NCBI GenBank assembly: GCA_038064675.1
Contig: JBBTSM010000001.1
Coordinates: 1 to 38,445 of the forward strand
DNA from: Patescibacteria group bacterium
GTDB lineage: Bacteria > Patescibacteriota > Patescibacteriia > UBA9934
Reading direction: 5' to 3'
DNA: 38,445 nt
In this document: positions 26,963 to 34,346 of the stretch, one piece after another
How the letters are laid out: each line of letters starts with the position of its first letter
How positions within the stretch are numbered: position 1 is the stretch's first letter
Notes under the pieces: generated by a model
What the model saw: the letters and a program-made list of their open reading frames with translations, nothing else
Database searches by the model: none
What the model was told of the DNA's origin: nothing
Position numbers and translations under genes: made by a program

Positions 26963-28093
26963 ATGGATAGTGATTCATCTCGTATTTGGAGCGCCGCGCG
27001 GCCACTCATCGGCACCATGATTGGTGTGGGAATTTTGGGCTTGCCGTACGCCATTCTTCAGGTTGGTATCGGTATCGGTATTCTTGAACTCTTTCTTGCT
27101 GCGCTCATCAGCTATCTTGTTCTGCGGCTGTACGGTGATCTCGTGATGATCCGGGGAGGAAAGGCACGGTTTATTCAAGTGATTGGTCGCGAACTTGGCC
27201 ACCTTGGCACAGGCATCGCGGCGTTTGCGTACATTGGAGCGGCGTTTGGCGCATTGCTCGCATATATTATTTTTGGCGGACAGTTTTTACGTGTGGTGAC
27301 GTTTTCGATGCTCCCGATGACCACGACGGCGGCGAGCGTTCTCTTCTTTACTGTCGCGTCGATCTTCACCGTTGGAGGCGCGCTGTTCGTTGCCCGTACG
27401 CAGAAGATTCTCATCCCACTGTTTATTGGTCTTATCGTACTCCTGATGATTGTTGCGGCGCCGCACATGACGACTGCGCATGTTCTCGCATCAACGTCTG
27501 GCGATTTCAGTATTCCTCTTGGCGTCATGTTCTTTGCGTTTCACGGTATCTCTGCGGTGCCAGAAATGCGTGACATCCTTGGCCGTCGATCAAACTTGCT
27601 ACCAAAATCGATCGCACGCGCCACAATTGTCGTCGCGTTGGTGTACGCGGTGTTCTGTATTGGAATCCTTGCCGTGACTGGCTCGGCAACCACGGAGAAT
27701 GCGATTCTTGGACTCTCGACAATTGGAAAGAGTCTTGTACTTCTTGCGAGCGGTATCGCGCTGCTGACCACGTTCAATGCGTACACGAATGTTGCAACGC
27801 AACTCACAAATACATTCTTGTACGACTTACGCATGCGATTTCTTTCCGCATGGTTTTTGACGACGACGATTCCGTTCGTGCTCTTCCTCGCCGGCGCGCA
27901 ACGCATTTCATCAGTGCTCTCAATCACCGGTGGCGTCCTCGGATCTCTCACCGCAATCATGATGCTTATTGCCTACGAACGCGCTCGAGTAAGCGCCGAT
28001 CTCCCAAAGAATTCTCTGCAGATTTCGCAGTGGGCGATTGGTTTAACCTTTGTGGTTTTCATCGGCGTGATGGTGACGACGGTGATTGGGTGA
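26963..28093 (+). CDS. Aromatic/hydroxy amino-acid permease family transporter
   Basis: IGTMIGVGILGLPY, GALLAYI and FAFHGISAVPE motifs; about 11 TM. Confidence 0.85.
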   Translation: MDSDSSRIWSAARPLIGTMIGVGILGLPYAILQVGIGIGILELFLAALISYLVLRLYGDLVMIRGGKARFIQVIGRELGHLGTGIAAFAYIGAAFGALLAYIIFGGQFLRVVTFSMLPMTTTAASVLFFTVASIFTVGGALFVARTQKILIPLFIGLIVLLMIVAAPHMTTAHVLASTSGDFSIPLGVMFFAFHGISAVPEMRDILGRRSNLLPKSIARATIVVALVYAVFCIGILAVTGSATTENAILGLSTIGKSLVLLASGIALLTTFNAYTNVATQLTNTFLYDLRMRFLSAWFLTTTIPFVLFLAGAQRISSVLSITGGVLGSLTAIMMLIAYERARVSADLPKNSLQISQWAIGLTFVVFIGVMVTTVIG

Positions 28094-28096
28094 CAG

Positions 28097-28131
28097 CTCT
28101 CCCTCTTACGAAGGGGGAGTAAGGAGGGGGT
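28097..28131. repeat. Family E palindrome copy 2
   Basis: ctccctctt-acg-aagggggag followed by taaggagggggt, just after the permease stop. Confidence 0.75.
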
Positions 28132-28574
28132 CTGACCTTGGATGGATGTGAGCGGAATGCGAAGGCTAGGAGTGCGAGGTAACGCGACAGAAAATGATAC
28201 CCTGGTTTTTGGGGGTTAAAAAACTGGGCAACGAAATGCGATCTGAGCCTGAATTTGATGAAAAGTCAGATGGATTTTGAAAATGCCAGATCGACGATTG
28301 CTGGAGGCGTTATCGTTGATGCTGCAGGTCGTCAGTATCGGTCATGCGTTCCTAAAAGCAACTCGGTTGCGTTTGCAAGGTACCCTCTTTGAAATCGAGT
28401 ATCCCCACTCTCGCCGCTCATGTTTTGTCGCTGTTGTCGTCCCAACCCATTCAAGGGTTCAGTTCAGATTCAAGATTGATTTCTTTCATTATCCGTGCTA
28501 TATTTTTTCGTCACGAAGACGTTCGTGATGTGCCAAAACAGTGCGACTCCGACGACGGTCGATGTGGTGGTGGT

Positions 28575-28774
28575 ATGCCGTTTCCCTTCATTCTGTTCTT
28601 CATGACGCTTCTGATGGCTGCGGAGGTCTTCCTCTGCTCCATCCTGTATCCAAGCATTGGACATCTCAGTGGCGTCGGCATATCGCGTTCGGGATCCTCG
28701 ACGCGAGTGCGGCTGGCCTTGTCTATGCTGCCGTTCGGGAGGCGCTCAAGGACGACCGGAACAGGAAGGGGTAG
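28575..28774 (+). pseudogene. Small two-TM orphan split by a frameshift near 28680
   Basis: MPFPFILFFMTLLMAAEVFLCSILYPSIGHLSGVG joins IAFGILDASAAGLVYAAVREALKDDRNRKG* in another frame at ggc-at-atc; a terminator follows. Confidence 0.45.
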
Positions 28775-28788
28775 GCGTGACGGAACGC

Positions 28789-28837
28789 AACGCGCGGGGC
28801 GAGGACGAACGGTCCTCCCCGCGCGTTTCTCTTTTTT
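28789..28837 (+). terminator. Intrinsic terminator
   Basis: aacgcgcgggg..gaggac-gaacg-gtcctccccgcgcgtt-tctttttt. Confidence 0.75.
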
Positions 28838-28893
28838 ATCATCTGCGGTATATTTTCTCCTAGTGTGGATATAAATATCTTGAGGGATTTTGT

Positions 28894-29820
28894 ATGATGA
28901 AAGAACTCACTGAAGATCATGTAGTAGAATCGTTGTTCAGGGATCGAGAGGATTCTGTCGATCGTGTGCTTCGAAGTCGTTTCGGAGAAGCGTTTGAGCG
29001 GTTTTCGATGCGATTAAAGGATCGTCTTCGTTTGCAGGAGCGTTTGCAAAAGAATACGGGAGAAGATGAACAGATGTGTATTGATATTGGCAGAAAGATG
29101 AATCTCCTCGATTCTCAGACATTTGAAACAGTTGAGATCGCAACACGGTGGACTGACTTTGGAAAAACTGGACCAGCCGATGCGACACTTGAACAGCAAT
29201 CCCTTATTGCTCGGATGTACGCGATTGAAAAAACATTTCCCAAACCACCGCATCTTATGTCGTTGCGGGATTTTCTTGAGCTTTCAGCTGACCCAGATAT
29301 TACCCGGCGCATTCCCGAGCATCTTGAAACGTTGTGGGACATGGGATTGATCGAGTGCAATGTTCGTCAGTTTATTAACCTTCATGCACAGTGGACGATG
29401 GATATTATTCGTGACGAACCGGCAATTCCATATGAAGCAAAAGTCTCTGCCGCGTTGCACCATATTTTAGAGGGAAATAATCCGGATGGTTTGGTGGATC
29501 TTTCCACGGAGGAGTTGATGATTCCATCGCTGAATCGCCCGATCGGTATGCAGGAGATTCTTACAATTCTTTTAGACAAATATCAGGCGCGACGACGATT
29601 TCCTATTCCAGGAACTGAACGACTTCGCACGCATGCAGAACAGATTGAATGGCTGCGAATCTATATGGAAAAGTATGTTGCGTTGAAGCAATATCCATCA
29701 TGGCTTCGTGAAAAGCTCCACGCATGCATTAATGTTCTTGAGGGCGCAGGACCGTTTTCAGAATTCTTCGCTGCAGATCGTGAAGCGGAGAACGTTGAGG
29801 CGGCTCTCGCGGCGAAATAA
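28894..29820 (+). CDS. Hypothetical protein, possibly a degenerate HD-domain fold
   Basis: 308 aa with ordered motifs TDFGK, LHAQWT, ALHH and LLDKYQA. Confidence 0.6.
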   Translation: MMKELTEDHVVESLFRDREDSVDRVLRSRFGEAFERFSMRLKDRLRLQERLQKNTGEDEQMCIDIGRKMNLLDSQTFETVEIATRWTDFGKTGPADATLEQQSLIARMYAIEKTFPKPPHLMSLRDFLELSADPDITRRIPEHLETLWDMGLIECNVRQFINLHAQWTMDIIRDEPAIPYEAKVSAALHHILEGNNPDGLVDLSTEELMIPSLNRPIGMQEILTILLDKYQARRRFPIPGTERLRTHAEQIEWLRIYMEKYVALKQYPSWLREKLHACINVLEGAGPFSEFFAADREAENVEAALAAK

Positions 29821-29836
29821 TGTTTTTTTCAACAAC

Positions 29837-31201
29837 ATGATCCCTTCTTCCATTCGCATTTTGCACGACGAGCTTCCAGATGCTCCTGGAGTGTATTTGT
29901 ATTACGACGTGGCGGGGAAGTTGTTGTACATCGGGAAGGCAACAAGTTTGAAAAAGCGTGTGGGGTCGTACTTTACGAAGTCGCACAACAGCCGCATCGC
30001 CGATCTTGTCGCCAATATCGCACGTATCGATCACGTCCAAACGCCAACGGTTATTGAGGCGCTTGTGCTCGAATCAAATCAGATCCGCAAGAACCAGCCG
30101 CCGTACAATATTTTGAGCCGCGATGATAAAAGTTTTTTGTACCTTTGCATCACGAACGAAGATTTTCCAAAGCCAGTGTTACTTCGTGGTCTCGATCTTG
30201 AACGCATGGGAATCCAGCCATTCACAAAATCGCTTTCGCCAGTAGCAAAAAAGAAATTTCTTGCCGTGTTTGGCCCGTACATCAGCAGCCGATCGCTACG
30301 TACGGCATTAGATTTGGTGAGGAGATCGATTCCGTGGAGTGTGTGCGAGCCCGGAAAGAAAGCATGTTTCGACGCGCAGATCGGGCGATGCCCTGGTGTG
30401 TGTACTGGAGCGATCTCGAAAAAAGAGTATCGAAAGATCATCCGTCAGCTAATCCAATTCTTTGAAGGAAAGAAAACATCCATCGTGAAGCAGATGATGA
30501 AGGAAATGAAACGCGCTGCACTCGCGAAAGATTTTGAGCTTGCCGCGGGCTTGCGAAACAAGGTAAACGCACTCGAACACGTGAACGATGTAGCGTTGAT
30601 TACCCGAGAAGATGACTGGAGTGTTCAGGATGACAACTCTCCCTCCTTACGAAGGAGGGAGTCGGAGGGAGGTGAGTTCATCAACATCCTCGGTCGCGTC
30701 GAGGCCTACGACATCGCGAATATCTCCGGTACATCGAATGTCGCATCAATGGTTGTTTTCGAAAACGGTCAACCGAACAAGGCGATGTATCGCAAATTCA
30801 AAATCAAAACGTTCAAAGGGGCGAACGATGTTGCGGCAATGGAAGAAGTGTTGCAGAGAAGGTTGAAGAGGGCAAGGGGCAAGGGGCAAGGGGCGGAGAA
30901 GGGATGGGAGCTGCCGGATGTGATGGTGATTGATGGGGGAGAAGGGCAAGTGAATCGGGTAAAAGACGTTCTCGCCGATCTCGGATTCAGCATTCCGATC
31001 ATCGGCATTGCGAAAGGATTCGATCGGAAACAAGACCGTTTAGTGTACGACGAATCAAATCCCGAACTTCGCCGAATCGCAGAATCAAGTAAAGAAATCC
31101 TCCAACGTGCCCGCGACGAAGCCCACCGCTTCGCCGGCGCGTATCACCGTGTGTTGCGATCAAAGAATTCGGGCATACCAAAGAGAAAAAAGAATATTTA
31201 A
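29837..31201 (+). CDS. uvrC: Excinuclease ABC subunit C, short form lacking the C-terminal HhH domain
   Basis: LPDAPGVY..YIGKATSLKKRV.SYF, EALVLE, PPYNI, Cys cluster, UVR segment, EAYDIAN, IDGGEGQ and RDEAHRFA. Confidence 0.92.
   Translation: MIPSSIRILHDELPDAPGVYLYYDVAGKLLYIGKATSLKKRVGSYFTKSHNSRIADLVANIARIDHVQTPTVIEALVLESNQIRKNQPPYNILSRDDKSFLYLCITNEDFPKPVLLRGLDLERMGIQPFTKSLSPVAKKKFLAVFGPYISSRSLRTALDLVRRSIPWSVCEPGKKACFDAQIGRCPGVCTGAISKKEYRKIIRQLIQFFEGKKTSIVKQMMKEMKRAALAKDFELAAGLRNKVNALEHVNDVALITREDDWSVQDDNSPSLRRRESEGGEFINILGRVEAYDIANISGTSNVASMVVFENGQPNKAMYRKFKIKTFKGANDVAAMEEVLQRRLKRARGKGQGAEKGWELPDVMVIDGGEGQVNRVKDVLADLGFSIPIIGIAKGFDRKQDRLVYDESNPELRRIAESSKEILQRARDEAHRFAGAYHRVLRSKNSGIPKRKKNI
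30637..30675. repeat. Family E palindrome copy 3, in frame inside uvrC
   Basis: ctccctcctt-acg-aaggagggag followed by tcggagggaggtga. Confidence 0.8.
30869..30896 (+). repeat. Heptamer tandem repeat (RGGGCAA)n inside uvrC
   Basis: agggcaa ggggcaa ggggcaa ggggcgg. Confidence 0.7.
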
Positions 31202-31211
31202 GAAAACGCGA

Positions 31212-31242
31212 ATGTCCGCCTCTCTCGTTGGGTGGCGGACAT
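31212..31242. terminator. Hairpin between convergent genes
   Basis: atgtccgcc...ggcggacat. Confidence 0.6.
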
Positions 31243-31256
31243 CGTCGTAGTGGAGC

Positions 31257-31646
31257 TTACGAGTTGAGCGCCCGGATAGCGGCCTCGATCGTTGGTGCAA
31301 ACTGATCGTCGCGGATACCCACGGAACGGAAGTTTTTTCGTTCTTCGCTTGGGGACCCGGTCTCGTCCCTTCTGGCGATAGCGATCAGGCGTCCGCTGTA
31401 CGGCCGTTCGACGAGTTCTCTCGCCACGGCATAGATGGTTCGGTGTGCATTGCCGTGGACGCCGATGAGGACGATGGCGCCGTATGGCGCCAGATCCATG
31501 GTCGGCGTTGCCTTGAGCGCGGCTTCGATTTCCTGGAGCGTTTGTGCTGTCCCAAGAACCGAAATCGTGTGCGTCGTGTCCGCGCCGAGCATCCGGCGTA
31601 CGAATCTTTCAGAATCTGCAGACCCACTCACGAGAAGAATGTGCAT
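31257..31646 (-). CDS. Possible pseudo-receiver (CheY-like) domain orphan
   Basis: MHILLVSGSADSERFVRRML beta1-alpha1 pattern, then YGAIVLIG and LIAIA; GGGAG SD-like sequence upstream. Confidence 0.55.
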   Translation of the reverse strand: MHILLVSGSADSERFVRRMLGADTTHTISVLGTAQTLQEIEAALKATPTMDLAPYGAIVLIGVHGNAHRTIYAVARELVERPYSGRLIAIARRDETGSPSEERKNFRSVGIRDDQFAPTIEAAIRALNS

Positions 31647-31699
31647 GAGGTTTCTCCCAGATGATAGTTTTACAGAAAATCGAATGAACGTCCAAATCG

Positions 31700-31754
31700 A
31701 AAGCCCCCGGTGCTGCACCCACCGCGTTCGGCGGGGAGCACCCTGGGGGCTTTT
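31700..31754 (-). terminator. GC-rich hairpin after the orphan at 31778-32293
   Basis: aaagccccc...gggggcttt. Confidence 0.65.
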
Positions 31755-31777
31755 CGTGTCGTGGCGCGCGCGGTCGC

Positions 31778-32293
31778 CTATAGGTCATCCGCTTCCGCGT
31801 CGGCGCGTTCGGCTTGCGCCAGGCACCAGTCGATGCCGGCCTCTGGAGAGTTCCCGAGGGTGTTGACGTAGGACATATAGACGCAGTCCTGCGTCTGCCG
31901 ATCCATCGCGTCCCAGATCCTTCCGTTGTTGAGCGTCCAGCGTTTGAAGGCCGTCGCCCGACCGGAGAGCGTGTCGGGCTCGCCGTTGTCGAAGAATTCA
32001 TTCGGTTGATCCGGCAGGAGCGTCTCGTCGATCGCGCCCGGAACGAATTCCACGTCCGGACTCGTCTTGGGAATCGGGATGAAGAGCGCCGCGAGACTCG
32101 AGTCGCTGTTCGGTGCGTCCATCGGCGTGCCGGTGTCGACGATGTCGACCTCCTCGACGTTGAGATCGATGTGATTCGACGGCTGCGGCTTTGGCCGCGA
32201 ACGGAAGAAGTCGTGAGCGAGGATGAAGACGATGCCGCAGGCGGCAATTGCGGTGGAGATCAGGCGAATGAGGGCTGCGTTTGAAATGTTCAA
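31778..32293 (-). CDS. GC-rich single-TM acidic orphan
   Basis: AGGAG SD before TTG start, N-terminal TM, strong GC3 bias. Confidence 0.65.
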   Translation of the reverse strand: MNISNAALIRLISTAIAACGIVFILAHDFFRSRPKPQPSNHIDLNVEEVDIVDTGTPMDAPNSDSSLAALFIPIPKTSPDVEFVPGAIDETLLPDQPNEFFDNGEPDTLSGRATAFKRWTLNNGRIWDAMDRQTQDCVYMSYVNTLGNSPEAGIDWCLAQAERADAEADDL

Positions 32294-32365
32294 GGCTGCT
32301 CCTAAGGGCGAAGGTTCGAGTTTCGAAACGATGAAGCACGCTCCCCACGGTATCAGAAATACCGG

Positions 32366-32374
32366 TTATCCACA
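32366..32374 (+). promoter_or_regulatory. DnaA box
   Basis: Perfect TTATCCACA upstream of mraZ. Confidence 0.55.
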
Positions 32375-32406
32375 AGTTTTAGCCAAATTTCGTGATCACG
32401 AACGTC

Positions 32407-32446
32407 AAAGTGGTGTAAAGTGGGGCCATGAGGAGAAAAGTGGGGA
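32407..32446 (+). promoter_or_regulatory. MraZ-binding direct repeats
   Basis: aaaGTGGtgt aaaGTGGggc catGAGGaga aaaGTGGgga with 10-bp period, directly upstream of mraZ. Confidence 0.8.
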
Positions 32447-32485
32447 AACTCCACTTGAAAACTACTCATACTAAAGCATTGCGCC

Positions 32486-32917
32486 ATGTTCCTTGGTCAA
32501 TACAACCATTCTATCGACGACAAAGGACGGCTCGCCGTTCCAATGAAGTTTCGAGAAGCACTCGCGTATGGCGCGGTGGTGACGCGAGGCTTGGACTCTT
32601 CATTATTCCTGCTGCCCTTGGAGGAGTGGGGCAAATTAGCGACATCGCTCGCGAATTTACCCTTGGGGCAGGCTAACGCACGTGCATTCGCCAGGCTCAT
32701 GCTTGCTGGGGCAATGGATGTGGTGTTGGACAAGCAGGGACGGTGTGTCGTTCCGGAGTATTTGCGTCAATATGCAGGCCTCCGGAAGGACGTGGTCATC
32801 GTAGGAGTGAACACGCGCCTGGAAATTTGGGACGTCGAGAAATGGCAGACGTATGTCGCTTCAACGGAAAAGGACGCGGAAAAGATTGCAGAGAACCTCA
32901 GTTCTATGGGACTTTAG
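32486..32917 (+). CDS. mraZ: Transcriptional regulator MraZ
   Basis: MFLGQYNHSIDDKGRLAVP, LDKQGR and RLEIWD motifs. Confidence 0.96.
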   Translation: MFLGQYNHSIDDKGRLAVPMKFREALAYGAVVTRGLDSSLFLLPLEEWGKLATSLANLPLGQANARAFARLMLAGAMDVVLDKQGRCVVPEYLRQYAGLRKDVVIVGVNTRLEIWDVEKWQTYVASTEKDAEKIAENLSSMGL

Positions 32918-32923
32918 CGCCCT

Positions 32924-33796
32924 ATGAGCTCCGATTCCGCAAAAGTCCACATTCCTGTTCTTGCCAACGAAGTACTGAGCGGCCTGGCATTGAAGCCTGG
33001 CAGTCGAGTACTCGACGGCACCATTGGCCTTGGCGGACACGCGAAGCTTATGCTCGCGGTAACGCAGCCTAACGGGGAATTGGTTGGGTTCGATCGTGAC
33101 GATCGGAACTTGATCGTGGCAAAGGAACGCTGCGCAGAATTCGGTGATCGCGTCACGCTCATTCACGATTCGTTCAGTTCAATCGGTGCTCGCGACGTTG
33201 GAACCTTCGACGCGATGCTGTTCGACCTCGGATTTTCTTCGGTACACGTAGACGACGCGTCGCGAGGCTTCTCCTTCATGAAGGACGGGCCGCTCGACAT
33301 GCGCTACGACACGCGCCAGGAATTATCTGCTGAAGTGATTGTGAACACGTGGACGCGTGAAGACCTTACGACGATTCTCCGCCGACTCGGTGAAGAGCCG
33401 CGGAGTGCCATTATCGCGAAGGCCATCGTGGATGCTCGACGGGAAATGCGCATTGACACGACGTATCAACTTGCAGAAATCGTTGCAAGCGTCGTCCATC
33501 GTTCGGGAAAAATTCATCCGGCAACGAAAACATTTCAAGCGTTGCGCATTGTGGTGAACGACGAGCTTGGGGAGGTTGAACGAGGACTTACTGCGGCGCT
33601 CGCAAAGTTGAACAGCGGTGGACGATGCGCGGTGATCACATTCCATTCACTCGAAGATCGTTTAGTGAAGACACTTTTTAAAACTCAGGCTGGTCTGAAG
33701 CCGATCACGAAGAAACCTATCATCGCCACGCAAACGGAGATGATTGAGAATCCTCGCTCACGCAGCGCAAAGTTACGCATCGTCGAAAAGAATTAA
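32924..33796 (+). CDS. rsmH: 16S rRNA m4C1402 methyltransferase
   Basis: Motifs HIPVL, DGTIGLGGH, DLGFSS, GPLDMR, HPATKTFQALRI, ITFHSLEDR and NPRSRSAKLR. Confidence 0.97.
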   Translation: MSSDSAKVHIPVLANEVLSGLALKPGSRVLDGTIGLGGHAKLMLAVTQPNGELVGFDRDDRNLIVAKERCAEFGDRVTLIHDSFSSIGARDVGTFDAMLFDLGFSSVHVDDASRGFSFMKDGPLDMRYDTRQELSAEVIVNTWTREDLTTILRRLGEEPRSAIIAKAIVDARREMRIDTTYQLAEIVASVVHRSGKIHPATKTFQALRIVVNDELGEVERGLTAALAKLNSGGRCAVITFHSLEDRLVKTLFKTQAGLKPITKKPIIATQTEMIENPRSRSAKLRIVEKN

Positions 33797-33811
33797 TACT
33801 TATGACTTGCA

Positions 33812-33914
33812 TATTTGAGACCAGTTTCGATGAAGGGCGAGGAAAGCTTCTGAGGCGTACTTCTTGGTACGTTGAAGAAGTTTCCGAAGGCCTGAGTCGA
33901 AAATGGGCCAAATA
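33812..33914 (+). repeat. Family A hairpin copy 6
   Basis: Core ga-ggcgtac-ttcttg-gtacgtt-ga; flanks ttatgactt/aagtcataa. Confidence 0.9.
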
Positions 33915-33933
33915 GGAAAGTCATAAAAATTGT

Positions 33934-34260
33934 ATGGAGGTACAACAAGGAGGAAAAAACATCTTCATTCGCGCGATCAAAAATCCGCGCGTCATGAGTG
34001 TGCTCAGTGTGGGCTGTATGCTCGCATTTGGGGTGTTGTATGTGGGGCAAGTGAATAGCGCGGCAACAAAAGGGTATGCCGTGCGCGCATTGCAAGAAAA
34101 GAATGTGGAGCTTCGTCACGAGCGGGATCGGCTCGACATGCAGATTGCAAAGTTACGTTCACTCGACAGTGTTACGGCACGTGAATCTTTTCTTGGATTG
34201 AAAAAAATTGATCAGGTGAGCTTTGTAAAGATGGGAACAGATGTTGTGGCGGTGAGGTAG
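33934..34260 (+). CDS. FtsL-like cell division protein
   Basis: One TM, YVGQVNSAATKGY, then a coiled coil; canonical position after rsmH. Confidence 0.7.
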   Translation: MEVQQGGKNIFIRAIKNPRVMSVLSVGCMLAFGVLYVGQVNSAATKGYAVRALQEKNVELRHERDRLDMQIAKLRSLDSVTARESFLGLKKIDQVSFVKMGTDVVAVR

Positions 34261-34270
34261 ATGAGTTGGG

Positions 34271-34325
34271 GAGGGCAAAGGACAAGGGGCAGAGGGAATT
34301 TCTTTGTCCTCTGCCCATTGCCCTC
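34271..34325. repeat. Inverted array of GGGCA-type heptamers
   Basis: gagggcaa aggacaa ggggcag aggg ... tgtcct ctgccca ttgccctc. Confidence 0.6.
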
Positions 34326-34346
34326 TCTTCATGGTACAATTCACAC

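Noticed and set aside
28132-28500. Gene or ncRNA in the gap after the permease
   Set aside because: Only weak hairpins and ORFs without recognisable motifs; not enough support.
9446-33914. Family A as integron attC sites or canonical kink-turns
   Set aside because: No RYYYAAC/GTTRRRY ends, no cassette array and no integrase; the inner GA/GA pairs are symmetric, without the 3-nt bulge of a k-turn.
609-34346. ORF-track upstream starts at 609, 1799, 5995, 9825, 10849, 15362, 16002, 29708 and 34266
   Set aside because: The extensions cross terminators, repeats, tRNAs or upstream genes; downstream ATGs fit family N-termini and nearby -10 boxes better.
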